DNA of 64,000 nucleotides, from positions 39,067,741 through 39,131,740 of the forward strand of contig CM041465.1 of NCBI GenBank assembly GCA_023213395.1, given 5' to 3'. The translations under genes were made by a program, and so were the position numbers. This stretch comes from Cycas panzhihuaensis. Taxonomy: Eukaryota > Plantae > Cycadophyta. Position 1 is the first letter of the stretch; the number at the start of each line of letters is the position of its first letter. This document shows positions 41,253 through 55,496 of the stretch, in pieces. The notes under the pieces were generated by a model. That model was not told where the DNA came from. It searched no databases and saw only the letters and a list, made by a program, of their open reading frames with translations.

Positions 41253-42889
41253 TTATCATAGTATTAAGATAAAGACATAGAGAAAATACTAGTGCAGAAG
41301 AGGTATTAAGTAAAGATGGCATAAAGTTGGAAGATGGTGAGCCATACGAACCATAAATAATAGAAGAATGATTCTTTAAAATATTCAAAGATAAGAGTGA
41401 TGGAGTTAAGATTGACATTCCAGACTACCAAGGGAGTTTAAACTAAAGGAGCTAATAGATTGGCTAAATGCCATAGAAAAGTTCTTTGAATACAAGAGCA
41501 TGACCAATGAAAAGAACACCCAGTTTGCATGCACAGAGTTAAAGAGACATGCGACTCTTTGGTGGGATCACGTACAAAAAGAGAGGGTGAAGAAAGGCAA
41601 AGAAAATATTAGAACATAGGCCAAAATACTTAAGAAGTTCAAATAGAACTTTTTACTAGTTAATTATTCTTAAAGCTTCTTCAAAAAATTTTGTTAACTT
41701 AAAGTAGAAAGAAATGATAGTATAAGGCTACATAGATGAGTTCTATAAGTTTTCCATTTATATGAAGCATGAGGAGATAGAGAAATAAGTCATTGAAAGG
41801 TATGTAAATAGTTTGAAGTTTTTAATTCAAGATGAACTTAACATGCATAGAGTTAAAAGTATGGAAGATGCATATTAGTTAACATTAAAGGAACAAGAGA
41901 AGCAAAATAAGCATATTAATCAAAGGTCCTCTATGATAAGAAAAGGTTCATCATCTTTCTAAAGAGGTAGAGAAGGAATCTATTATGTAAGGGGGGAATC
42001 ATCTAATAAGATAGAAAGATAAGAAGGGGAGAGGCAAGGCTAATAATAAGGAGGAAGAGAAACATAAAAGCAATTTAGAGGAAGAGGATTTCTAGGAGCC
42101 TAACAAGATAGAGATTTTATTGATAGAAGAGGATGGAGAAAAACTTTTGTTTATTTTAAATATGTAGAAGGAAAAAGGGCATTTGAATTCCCTCATCACT
42201 ATGAGGAAGAATCCCAAAGCCATGAAAAGCATCCAAGGGTGAACATGGCCCAAAATAAAAATGGCAATGAAGGAGATATGGTAGATAAAGGTGAGAGCTT
42301 AATGCTCTAAAGAACCATGATAGTACTAAGATGATAATCTATATAAGATAAAGGAAAGGCAAAGATAGATATGATTCATGACAATGAGATAATATTTTTA
42401 GAATAAGATATACTATAGGAGGAAAGATATATACATTTATAATTGATATATTAGAATATAATGTTTTATCTTAGTAGTCTAAAGGGATAATATAATATAC
42501 CCCTCAAGGATGTAACTTACAAGTTTATGTTAGACACATGTTAGACAAGTGTCATTATTTCATATTTCAATTACAATTAGTTTCTTGGGGGTTACAAACC
42601 CTAATTGAATATATTCAGGAGTTCATTCCACAATCAATAAAGCATTTTCTTCTATTTTTGTGTAGTTTCCTAACATGGTATCTGTTGGAAAAATACAATG
42701 ATAGAAGAGAGAATTAATTAATTCATTATTCATGATATAAGTACATATATATATTTAGGGTTTATAACCACACTCAAACCAACATGTAACCGATGTATAT
42801 TAACGGTCACTTAAGAGTACATAAGACATATTAACTTATAACCTAGGATAAAACATTATATTCTAACACCCTCTCTTAATGTTTTATCC

Positions 42890-45800
42890 AACTAATCCTA
42901 TTTTGTCTCTAAGAATTTGAAATTTATCTTTTCCTAGTGGTTTGGTTAATATATCAACCACTTATTCACTTGTGGGACAATAGATAAGATCTATTTCTCT
43001 ATTTTAAACCTTTTCCCTAATAAAGTGCTATTGAACTTTAATCTATTTAGTTTTAGCATGGAACACTAGATTTTTGGTGAGCTTAATTATACTCTAATTA
43101 TCGCAGTAAAGTGTTATTGCTAACCTTTGAGAAGCTTTCAAATCTTTCATTAGTTGTCTAATCCAAACTACTTCCATTATTGTGCTGATGACTGATTTGT
43201 ACTCTGCTTTAGTTGATGATAGTGCTATAATGGCTTGGTTTTTACTATTCTAAGAGATTGGTCATGATCCTAGAAAGAAGTAATACCTACTAGTTGATTT
43301 TCTTTGTTCTTTATCACCTATCTAATTTGAGTCACAGAATCCTATTAGTTGATGTGATGTCTCCTTTGGAAACATTAGATTCAATTCAGTTGTTCCTTTA
43401 AGATATCTCAAGATTCTTTTTCTAGCATTCCAATGTCTTATTCTTGGCTCATACATATATCTAGATATTAAACTCATGGCATATGAGATATCAAGTCCAG
43501 TTGTGGTGATATAGATTAGACTTCCAACGCACTGTCTATATAGAATAGTATTAATACAGGATTCTCCTTCGTCTAGAACCATATTATAGTTTGCTTCCAT
43601 AGGAGTGGATCAATGATTACACTCTTCCATTCTAAACTTTATCAAAAAATCTTTGAAGTATTTACTTTGACATAAGGTAATTAAATTAGCCTGCTACTTA
43701 ATTTGGATCCCCAGGTAATAGTTGAGGATTCCTAAGTCAGTCATCTCAAATTTATTTTTGAATTGCTTCTTTATATCATATAATAATTCATCATCATCAC
43801 TTGTGAGGATCCTATCATCTACATAAACTGCTATTTTAGTTATTACTCCATTTATGTTTTTTACATATAAACTTGAGTCTAAGCTACTTCTTTGGAACCC
43901 ATTTTTACAAAGATAACTATCTAATTTAGCATACCATGCATGGGGAGCCTGTTTAAATCTATATAGAGCCTTTTTTAGCTTACATACTTAATGCTCTTAT
44001 CCTTCTCTAATGTAGCCCTTTGGTTGGGACATATACATCTCTTCTTCAATTTCCCCATTCAAAAAGTATTTTTCATGTCCATTTAATATATTTTCCAATT
44101 CTTTTATGCTACTAGGACTATGATTATTCTTACTGTGTTTAACTTAGCCACTAGAGAAAAGGTTTCTTCATAGTCTATACCTATAGTTTGTGTATATCCC
44201 TTTGCAACCAGTCTAGCCTTATATTTTTCAATCTTTTCATCAAGTCCCATTTTGATTCTATAAACTCATTATAGTTCACAACTAATTTATTTAATGGTAG
44301 CTCTACTAGTTCCCATGTTTGATTTTTGTTTATTGAATCCATCTCATCATACATGGCCTTCTTCCACTCTATATGGTCTTTGGCTTTAGTAAAAGATTGT
44401 AGCTCTACATTGCTAAACAAAGCTCTTGGCTCTTAGATTCTTGTTCTATGAGGAAGTTTTTTACCTTTACTTTCCTCTATAGTTTTGAGATACCATTTGG
44501 GAACTTTTTTCTCTTTTCCTTTTTCAGCATTGATTTTTTGGAGGAAGCTTCTTCAATTTCTAGAGTGGAATCTGAGTATGATTCCTAAGGTGAAGTAGAC
44601 CCTTCTGAGATTTCTTCAGAGGTATGATGTTCTATTGCCTTTGTTGAACTTCTATTTAGTAAGTAATAGGTTGTACTAACTGCTTCAGCCCAATATGACC
44701 TTGGAATGTTTTTCCCATTCATCATGCTCCTTGTTATTTCAATGATTACCCTATTTTTTCTTGCTACAACCCCATTGAATTGGGGTGTATAGGGAGTTGA
44801 AAATTATCTTCATATTCCTCTAGCTTTGTAGTACTCCAAAAATTCTTTGGAGATATATTCACCTCCATCATCAAACCTTATGCATTTGATTTTGGTATTA
44901 GTTTCTAATCTAATTTTAGCCTTAAACTCTTTGAATACATTAAAAACTTCTAATTTAGTACATAAAAAATAAACCCAGATTTTCCTGGTCAAATTATCTA
45001 TGAAAGTGAGAAAGTATCTACTTCCATTGATGGAGTGTGGAGTGAAAGGACCACATAGGTCTATATGTACCAGTTCTAATTTTTCTTGGGCTCACCATTT
45101 ACTTTTTTGAAATAACAGTTTGTGTTGTTTACCAAATTGATAATCTTTACAAATAAAATTACTTGATGTGATGTGAGGTAAACCAGTCACTAAACTTTTC
45201 TTCTCTATATATTTTAATTTTTCTATGGGAAGATGACTATACTTCAAATGCCATATTTTATCATCAAGGCTTATAGCAATACAAACTTTTGCATCAGGCA
45301 AAATAGGGTGTGATAGCAGCCTATATATAGGTCATTACTTTCAATCCCTTTTGCAATTACATTTCTATTGTTTTTCATGTCAAGAATATAACAAAAATAT
45401 TTTTTATTAAATGTAGTGCTCAAACCCTTTTTTTTAAGCTAATACAGATAAAAGATTCATTTTTAGACCTAACATCAGAAGTACATTCCTAATTTTCTCA
45501 ATTCTATCTTTTATTTTGACTACAACAGTTCCAACTCCTTTAATTTCAAGAGGGTATTTATCTCCCAGTTCTATTGATTTGTTGGCGGTGTATGGCTGCA
45601 AAGTCTTGAACCATTCTTCTCGACTATTTATGTGACATCATGCTCTGAGTCTATATACCAAATATCCTTATCTTGGAGGCTTACTGCTAGTGCAACAACA
45701 AATGTTGTTTCTTCCTCTTCATCATGATCATCATCAACCATCTATTATTTGCTATAGTTACCCATATACCTCTTTTCTCTCTAGATGTTTACTTTCTTGC

Positions 45801-46640
45801 ACTATTATGGATAATGTTCTAATTTTCCACAATGATAACATATGTTAAAGGTTTTGTGGGAACTAGCAAAATGACCAATCTTATCGCATGTGTAATAAAT
45901 TCTTAACGGTACATTGCATCCTCATCCTCTTGAGTCTTGCTAACATCCTCATGATGAATTGCAACTTTTAGGAGCCTTTCCTCTTCCTCTACTTTGTCCT
46001 TTAGATCCCAAGTTTAATCTTAATATAAATGCATCTTCAAGATCTCCTATATCTTCATATCACTTGCCTCTTTGCTCCTATTATAGTAGTAGCCCTGCCA
46101 ATGTATCCATTGTCATAATTACTATTTGATTTGCATTAATAATGGTGTTTATTATAACATCAAAGGACTTGGGCAATTTTCTAACCATAAGTTCCACTAA
46201 TGCATGATTTGAAATTGGATCACCTATACTGGAAAGATCATTTTTTAGTGAAATCACCTTATATAAAAATTATGTGATTGTTTCTGACTCCTTCATGTGG
46301 AGATTGAACAATTCTTCTTTAAGAGCTATTATCTTAGCCCTATTTTTTTGCCCATCTAAATTCTCTAGGTACTTCCAAACACTTGTGGTAGAATAAAGAT
46401 TCTTAATATAAACAAGGAGAGGATCATATATTGATAGTTTTAATATGATGGCTCAGTGCTGTCCCTTTCTTCCCAATTAGTTTGGGCATCACCTGCATCT
46501 TTAGGCTTGATTTCAATTCTAATAGAAATTTGCCATATATTATTGCCCCTAAGGAGGGTTTCTACCTTAATCTTCCATATGTGATAATTATTATTAGTGA
46601 ATTTATCATTATCAGACATGACTAATATGGAAGAGGCCAT
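42890..46640 (-). pseudogene. Copia Y gag-pol remnant
   Basis: MASSIL..NNYHIWKIKV, WHLKYSHLPIEKLK, IKCIRFDDGGEY, KNQTWELVELP, YRQCVGSLIY, LIGFCDS. The integrase C-terminal part is missing near 44660. Confidence 0.92.
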
Positions 46641-47418
46641 TCTTAAGTAGAGAGTATGATTTTTTATGCCTTAGGCCATACGATTGTATGGATTTCTGTA
46701 TGGTACGAAAGTTATATGGACATATGTAAAGTGTACCTTGAATGAAAGCTTTTATAGAGGTGAACTAGGATCTATGCTTAGATCTGAGATCCAACTTCAA
46801 ACCAAAGAGAAATTAACCTCGAAAATCACGATTTGTGGCTAGGGTTCAAAAGGAAAAATGCTTAAATTAGTCAAAATAACCATAAAAAATGACAAAAATT
46901 AGACAAAACTTTTGCACTCCATATTCAATGAGAAATTTGGAAAAATAAGAGAATTTTCACTGTATTACTCTTCTTCCACACAAACTTGTTTTTGGCCAAA
47001 AAATTAGTGAAGATGACCTCAGATGGACTCGACACATAAGAGAAACTTGCTCAGAATGGCCTGATTTATATTTTGGCTAAATTTTATCTCAATATGAGAA
47101 CTTAAAAAAATCTAACTATACAGTTGTACGGATCCATGCTCTGGCTCTGTATGAATTCTGACTTGTCTCCTTTCAGGCTTTTGAGTGACTTGGATCTCTC
47201 CTCCTTTAAGCTTTTACTTTCCTTTTAGATCCTCTAGTTTATAGTCTCTTCTTCTTCTTCTAGATCCTTTGACTTCTTAGTATGCACTAGGTTCACGACA
47301 AGCTTCTTCTTCAAGATAATCTTCTTCTTCAATAGGTCAAGGGATCCTGCTCTGATACCATGTTAGATAAATACAATGATAGAAGAGAGAATTAATCAAT
47401 TCATTATTTATAATACAA

Positions 47419-47419
<1 letters not shown>

Positions 47420-47455
<36 letters not shown>
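47420..47455. repeat. (TA)18 within the 5' LTR of Y
   Basis: Seen directly; the sister LTR has only a short interrupted tract at ~42742-42757. Confidence 0.95.
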
Positions 47456-47459
<4 letters not shown>

Positions 47460-48446
47460 TTGTAACCACCCTGAAACTAACATGTAATCGATATGTGTTA
47501 ATGGTCACTTAAGAGTACATAAGACATATTAACTTATAACTTAAGATAAAATATTATATTTTAACAGTATTAGAGCAGGTCATCCCGCTTGTTTAAGAGA
47601 AAGATTTAGCCTATGAAAGAGGTAGTTTTACCTGAGATAGAGAGTTTATTAGTTTGTACTTAGAATCGATTTAATTAAGGAGAAAGAAACAAAACAAGGA
47701 GAAACAACAAGCAAGGAGAAAGAATCTAGATAAAGAGAGAGTATAGATTTGTAGAGACCAATATGAAATTATATGGTCGTACAGATGAAAAAATTTAGAG
47801 TTCTCAGAACTTAACAAAATTTGGTCAAAATCTAGATCTCATCATCCTCTTCAATCTTTCATTTTGCATCGAGTTCATTTGAGGTCATTTTCAGGTAGTT
47901 TAACTTGATTTACCAAGTGCATAGGTTTAGAGAAAGAGGTACTTATTTTCATTGTTTTTCCTTCATTTCTTCATTAAAAATCACTCAAAGAATCTCTATA
48001 TTTGATATATGATCAATTGGAAGCCCTCTTTGATGAATTTCATGGAGTATTTTCTTAAATTTAAGTAGTTTTTTGAAAAATCCTAGCCACCCTTTTATGC
48101 CTTACAGGTTGAATTTCTCACAATCCAGAGAATATCTTGGAAAAATAACTCTGGATTAGTGATCCTCTTATCATGATCTTTCTTTTAAGATATACTTTGT
48201 TATAATCTATATGGTTTGAGTACCATATGGAATTTTATATAGTTGTATAACTTAGGGTTTGTACCTATAATTCTATAAGTCAGTAATGACCTCATCCATA
48301 CTTTCCCTATGTGATATGAATAAACTCATATATAATAACTATCATGTTTAGAAGATAAAAATAAAAATATTATTAAGAGCTAAGAATACTAGGAAGATTA
48401 TAACTAGAAAAGAAGCCAAACCCAATACTGCAAGGCTAGACCTAAC

Positions 48447-51400
48447 TGTTAAAGAGAGGGATTTATTTAATGGTTACATGATATCATCACCATATTAAAA
48501 TCAAAATATAGATCTATAATTATTACAAAAATCACATAGGCACCATATTTGACAGGTGGAAAACCCCTTTGGGGGATAAAAAACCATCTCCTAAAATATA
48601 ATGATATATATTAAAATATACATTATAATGATGATTAGTGAGGATCTCATCCTCCCTCTATTGTGCAGCCTCCTTTATTCAGTAGGGGTGAATTGGTCAA
48701 CCTATAAACTTACCTAACCTCATTCTCTTAACCAATCTGATCAACCTCCTAGAATCCAGGAGGAGAGGATATTAAAAAAGATGGAGGTTCATTGAAATGG
48801 GTAGTTGTCTATTTCAATAAACTATACAATTAATTCATATAAAGTAATATTATAAAAGGACCTTTATAAAGATAACATTAATACATGAATATAACATTAT
48901 TCTAACATCTCCTTTTAATGTTATCTTTTGTATAATAGATGATGTGGAAGATAGAAAGAAGAGGAAGAAAAATTTAGCACGGTGATCCCCCTTTGATGGA
49001 GATTTCTTTAATCTTCAACAATTATCAGAGTTTGATAAACTTTGCTTCTATCAATAGCTTTGTAAGAATATCTACAATATGTAAATTTGTAGGACAATAA
49101 AATAGATTAATAGTATTATTATTTACAAGATTATACATAAAATATTGATGTAATTCTATACATTTTATCTTAGAATGTATAAGATGATTAGTAGCAATAG
49201 ATAACACACCTTAATTATCAATATTAATTTTAATAGAAGGGTTAGGAAACAAATTAAGTTTACTTAATAAAGATTTAATCCAAAGTGCTTATTTACTTAC
49301 TTCTACCATTGCTTAATATTTAGTTTCTGTTGTAAATAAATCTAATGCTTGCATTTTCTTACTGGACCATGTGATAGATAAAGGATTAAGAAAGAAGATG
49401 TAACAAGTTGTAGTTTTTCTATCATTAAAATCTCCTACCCAATCAGAATCTGTATATCCTATCAATTTTAGGTTAGCATTATAGGAGTTATATGTTAGAC
49501 CATGATAAATCATACCTTGAAGATATCATAAAATTCATTTTGCTACTTTCTAATGAGATTCATAAGGCTTCTACATATATCTGAAACACAGAGAAACAAC
49601 ATAGGAGATATCCAGATGAGCATGGGTTAAGTAAATTAGACTAACTATCAATTGACGATATAAGGTAGGATCAGAAGATGGGGATGAATAATTAGTTATT
49701 AATTTTACACCTAATTGTAGAGGTGTAGGAGCTAGCTTGTCATTATTTATAGTAAACCTTGTTATTAGGTCAATAATGTACTTAGGTTGAGAAATAGTGA
49801 TTTTTAACTTTCATTGACAAATTTGCACGTCTAAAAGGTAATATAATACACCTAAGTCTATCATTTCAAATTTATTCATCAGAATTTGTTTTAATTGAAG
49901 AATATGAGAAAGTAAAGAACTAGTTATAATAATATCATTTACATAAAGAATTAAAATGGTGATATTATTATCTTCTCTTTGAAAATAAAGATTAGGATCA
50001 CTAATACACTTAGTATATTTATTTTATAAAAGATAATTATTAATTTTAGTATACCAAGCCCATGGAACTTATTTAAGACCATATAAAGATTTTTCTAACT
50101 TGTAGACAAGATTAGGATTACTGACAAAACTAGGAGGTTGTTTCATATAGATTTCTTCTTTAAGGTCACCATTTAGAAAAGTACTTTTCACATCCATTTG
50201 ATGAATTTGTAGCCAAATTTGGCTATTAAAGAGATGATAGATTTAATTATATTCATCTTAACTACAAGAGTGAAGGTTTCTATACAGTCAATACTATCAA
50301 CTTATAAAAATCCTTTGGCTACTAAACAAACTTTGCCTTTTTCAACTACTCCTTCAAAGTTATACTTAGTTCAGTAATTCTATTTACAATCTATTAAGTT
50401 ATTTTCTAAGAGATAAGGTAACTAGATATAAAGTTGAGTTCTTTTTAAAAGCATCAATTTTAACTTATATGGCTTGCTGCCATGTTAGATTGTTATTTAT
50501 TTCTTTAAAGGTTTTAGGATTATCACTAGTCATGACTTTAGGCATTAAGATAAAATTAACTTAAAGCTTTTTGGAAATTAGGTTCTTCTGGTATCCAAAG
50601 GATTACCAACATCAAAACCAGCATCAGAAAGAGATTTTTGAGCCTAAATAGGTTGTTTACTATTGTTAGTAGGTTGTTTAGGATAAGTAGGCTAACTTGA
50701 CGTAGATGTGTCTAAGGTAGTAGGTTCGGTTAAGGTCCAATTTTAGACTTGAGTAGATAAAGACTCAATTATTTTAGGGTTAGCTTGTTTATTAGAGAGG
50801 TCAACTAAGTAAGTATTAGTTAATAGGTTTTTAATAGGAAGTTCAATATAAGAAGTGCTTGAGAAAAATCCTTCTTCATCAAATATAACATCATATAAGA
50901 TTGAAATCTTATGTATGATTGGGTTAAGAAGTAGGTAAGCTTTACTTTCTTCACTGTAAGTAATAAAGATAAACTTAGAACTTTTGGGGTCAAGTTTCTA
51001 TTATTTTTATATAGGAAAATACCTCCAAGCAATACTTCTAAAGACTCTAAGGTTCTTTATAGAAGGTTTATGACCAAACCATTTTCGTTTCAGTATAACA
51101 TTTTGTAAAGATTTGCTTAATAAATGGTGTAAGAGGTAGTTGGAGCAAGTAATTACTTATGCCCATAATTTTAAGTCAAGACCTTTTACATATAGCATGA
51201 ATCTAGTCATTTTAATAAGGGTGCAATTCTTGTATTCAACAACACCATTTTATCGAGGGGTGTAAGCTATAGAATGTTGGAATCATATTTCATACTTCTT
51301 GTAGTAGGAAGTAAAGTTGTTGCTTAGGTATTTCTTAGTATTATCAGATCTAAAAAATTTGATTTTGAAGTTAGTTTAATTTTCAACTAAAGTTTCAAAC

Positions 51401-54400
51401 TCAATAAAGATGTCAAATATTCGACTCCTTGTTTTGAGCATGTACAACCATTATTTCTTGGAGAAATCATCAATGAAGGTGACAAAATATCTACTTCCAT
51501 AGTATGAAGGCGCTTGGAATAGGCCACAGATATCAGAGTGAACAAGTTCAAGTTGAGCTTTTGCTTGAGAAAAGGTATGATGTGGGAAATGGTCCATGTG
51601 TTATTCTACGTATTGTTTGCATGTTACACAGGCTTCATAAACATCATAGATAATGTTTAGGAGGGTAAGACATGAACCATATTATGCTTCCTTAGGTATA
51701 GAAGTTTTTCATAGCTCATATGGCTAAACCAGGCATGTCATAGCTTACTGACAAGGTCAGATTTTACTATAAAGGCACTGAAGATTTTGGTTTAGAATGT
51801 TGAAGGTTTGTTAAGTTATAAAGACCTATTTTGTGATCGATAGGTGCTAAAGCAATTGGTTTGAATTTATTCAATGGTTATTTGATGATAAACTTATCTT
51901 TCTAGAATTCGACAATGAGGTATTTCTAGTAGATTTGATAAAGTGAAAGGAGATTCAATAACAAACAAAGAATATAGAATACGTCCTTAATTGAACCATC
52001 GTTCAAAGATATATTACATGTTCCTTTGACTTTCAATTGAGATCCACTCGAAAGAGATTTTCTCTTTAGAGTTAAGATCAGACTAGTAAGAAGTTAGGTA
52101 TTCTTAGTGTCCTATCATGTGATAGGATGCACCAGAATCAAGAATCCACAAAGGTGGTTAAATGGATGGAGATGAAAAACCTGAAGTTATGGTAATTAAA
52201 GAGTGATTAGGTTTATGGGATTGAGATTAGATCCCCTTACAAGCTTTCCAAGCTTTGGAAGTAATTTTACTCCTATAAACATCAATGGTGTGCCCTTTTT
52301 TATGAAAGTAGGCACAACTGACAATCTAATTAGAGTTGGAAGTAACTGTATTCCATTTTTAGAACCACTCTTTAGTATTATTCTAGTTTTTCAGTGATTC
52401 AAAATATTTGTTGTTTTAACTATAATTATTTGTAAAAGAAGAGGAAGAAGAACCTCTATAAGGTTTATGAAACTTAGGGTTATTATTTTGATTACTCAGA
52501 AAGTTATTTTGTTTAGACTTGTTTGCAAGTTTTGACTTAGAAAATAGAGCTTATGAAGGATCTTGTAGTTTTCCAGTTTGAATTAACATAGTTTGATAAT
52601 CAATCAACTGATTTATTAGCTAATTGAAGGTGATTTCTACTAAATCAACCTACTGTCTAGTAGCTTTAAAAAGGTTGAAATATTTAGGTAACTTGTTAAT
52701 GGCTGAATAGACAAGTATTTTATCATCTTTAGTATATACGGTAATTTTAGTTCTATCACCTACTTTAGTTGAGGACTTTACGCAGTTACCAAAATCCTTG
52801 TTGATAAGTTAGGTTTTTGCCAACAAATCCTCAACTTTGTAAAAATCATCAAAGTTTAGTTCATATAACTATTATTCTAAGAGGCCTAATTTAAATTTGT
52901 TAACCTTATCATATTTTTCCTTAAGAGTTTACAATACGTAGGCAAGATCATCTATTTTAGAGAACTACCTACTAATGTTTAGTGAAAGGGAGTTTAGGAT
53001 GGTACCTAAGGCTCTATTATAGTTCATCAGATAGACCATATAAGCTTTTGATTTTGTGTCATTAGGTTTAATAAACTCTCTTATTATGTATTGCTAGATC
53101 TTTTATTATTTAAGAACTTGGGATATTTTAAGTTTTCAGTCAGTATAGTTTGAGTTGGTTATTACCAGAATTGAAGTACAAGAGGTTATCCTTGGCATGA
53201 GTTCCATTATGGATAGGAAACCTATGATGTAAGATCCTCTTGATGAAAAAATAAAAGGAAAACAATAATATTAAGTGAAAATTAAAGTAATCATAACCTT
53301 TGAAATTCAATTAAATGAAATTAATCATTGACTTATTGCAAGTAAATGTTTAAGCATGAAAGTTAGTGCATTATTAAATTTTGTAAGTAATAAACCCATT
53401 AATATTTACACATTAATTGCCATTGATCAAGAAAAAAATTTGCAAGTAATACACAAAAATAAAACCATTATCATTTAAACATTGATTGCCACTGATAAAA
53501 AAATATGAATTTTAATTGAACATTGAGAAAATTAAATCAAATAAGTGAGCAATTATGTGTTTATATCATGATTTATATCAATAGTTGATAAAATATTGAT
53601 TTTAATTAAGTATTAATAAACTACATGAAATAATTAAAAATTGTATAAAAAGTGATGTAGTTAAGCAATATATTTGATAAATAATTTAATGTTTATTAAA
53701 TTAAAGTAATACATTTGAAATATTATAAAGAAACTTTGTAAATAAAATCACATACCTTGACTTACCTAGTAGTGATCAGAATCTTGACTTTGGGCATGAT
53801 TTTGCAAGTCAAAATGACATCCAATTAGCTCAAATGACAAGTCGATGCATCCATGTCTAAATTAGGAATTCAACGTTTCATTCAGAATTGAATTTAGACT
53901 CCGTATAATAAAGTTATTAATAAGAAAGAATGGTTACCCCCCTTTTTTGTAAAATAAAAGAAAAAATAAAAAAAGTAGGATAGGGATTAATCCCCTTTCA
54001 GGTTTGGACTGAGGTCATATGGAAGGCTAATATGATGAGGGGGCTGGAAAAGTTAGGGCTAGCAGACTCAAAATGGTAATAAGTCAAATTGCAATATTTT
54101 TACTTTTATAAAAATAATATATTACAATGAGATTCAATTTTGTATTCGCTAAATAAACAAATTAATTTAACTCTAAATAGGGTTTTGAGTGAAATTTATT
54201 TGTGTAGGCGATGACTGCACGTTTGTTCTTCGATTAGCTACTTTGCTCAACCTTTATGGGTGAGATAGAGAGCTTCTCTATAACTCTGTAGGCATCTAAG
54301 GTCTTTGTGGGCAAATATATCACAATATAATTTGTGTTAAATACTCAGTTAATCATCTTCTTCTCCATTGTCTTCTATGGGGTGTGGTGTCTCTAATGCC

Positions 54401-55491
54401 TTCACTAGATGTAGCTGCTCATTTTCTTTCTTCTCTATTAGTGAGAGTTTCCTTTGTGGGATTGCTCATCTACATGGACTACTCCATGCTCTTCCCCGTT
54501 GTAATGTCTACACTTGCATGCCTTCACCAAATGCAGAGTCTTTTCTATCGATCAACCATGGTTGAGTAGAAGGCTTATATTAGTAGGTAGATAGGTTACA
54601 TCTTGCATGGTATTCTCCTCTGCATGCTAGTTTTCATCAATCATTATTCTATCTGCATTTACAAAAGCATGGGCTTTACTTCTATCACCACAAATAACAT
54701 CCTTTCAATTGGATCGTTGGTTTAATACCTCTGCATTTACTTTTGCTCATGTAGCTAGCATCCTTTTTAGTTGAGAAGGAGGCTCTATATTTGCTTTTTC
54801 TTCTTTATATTTTTGTTACTCCCAAATATGAATGGGTTGAAACCCAATTTTTGTAAATTATTAGTATTTTTTAAATTAATAAATAAATCCATTTGCTGCT
54901 ACTTTTTTTTTTTGAAATGATAGACTTGAAATGTAAAAAAATATGTTTTGTTCTTTGTTTTTATAAAATGCTCCAAACTTCTATGTTTTAAAAGATTATT
55001 TGAAATCCCTACTCTAATACCATGTTAGAGAGAGGGATTTATTTAATGTTTACAGGATATCATCACCATATTGAAATCAAAATATAGATATGCAATTATT
55101 ACAAAAACCATAGAGGCACCATATTTGACAGGTGAAAAACCCCTTTGGGGGATTAAAAACCACCTCCTAAAATATAATAATATATATTAAAATATATGTT
55201 ATAGTGATGATTGGTGAGGATCTCATCCTCCCTATGTTATGTAGCCTCCTTTCTTCAGCAGGGGTGACCTAGTCAACCTATCAACCTATCAACCTATGTA
55301 ACCTCATTCTCTTGATCAACCTAACCAACCTCTTAGAATCTAGGAGGAGAGAATATTAAAGAAGGTGGAGGTTCATTAAAATAGGTGGTTATCCATTTCA
55401 ATGAACTATATAATTAATGAATATAAAGTAACATTATAAAAGGACCTTTATAAAGATAACATTAATACATGAATATAACATTATTCTAGCA
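48447..55491 (-). mobile_element. Copia Z, complete outline with a ~1.8-kb 5' leader
   Basis: Perfect TSD ctaac (48442-48446 and 55492-55496). LTRs 48447-48907 and 55023-55491; PBS actctaatacca (55011-55022). Confidence 0.95.
49000..53207 (-). pseudogene. Copia Z gag-pol remnant
   Basis: WILDSGAS (~52130-52150), LELVHSDICG (~51525-51555), RSDN, LYGLK, LIGYTDSDWVGD; very many stops. Confidence 0.9.
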
Positions 55492-55496
55492 CTAAC

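Larger units (their letters stand above)
42683..47566 (-). mobile_element. Copia Y, a relative of X, inserted antisense into X's PBS
   Basis: TSD gtatc/gtatt (42678-42682 and 47567-47571). LTRs 42683-42868 and 47361-47566, PBS gctctgatacca (47349-47360), PPT ccctctctt after 42868. Confidence 0.95.
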
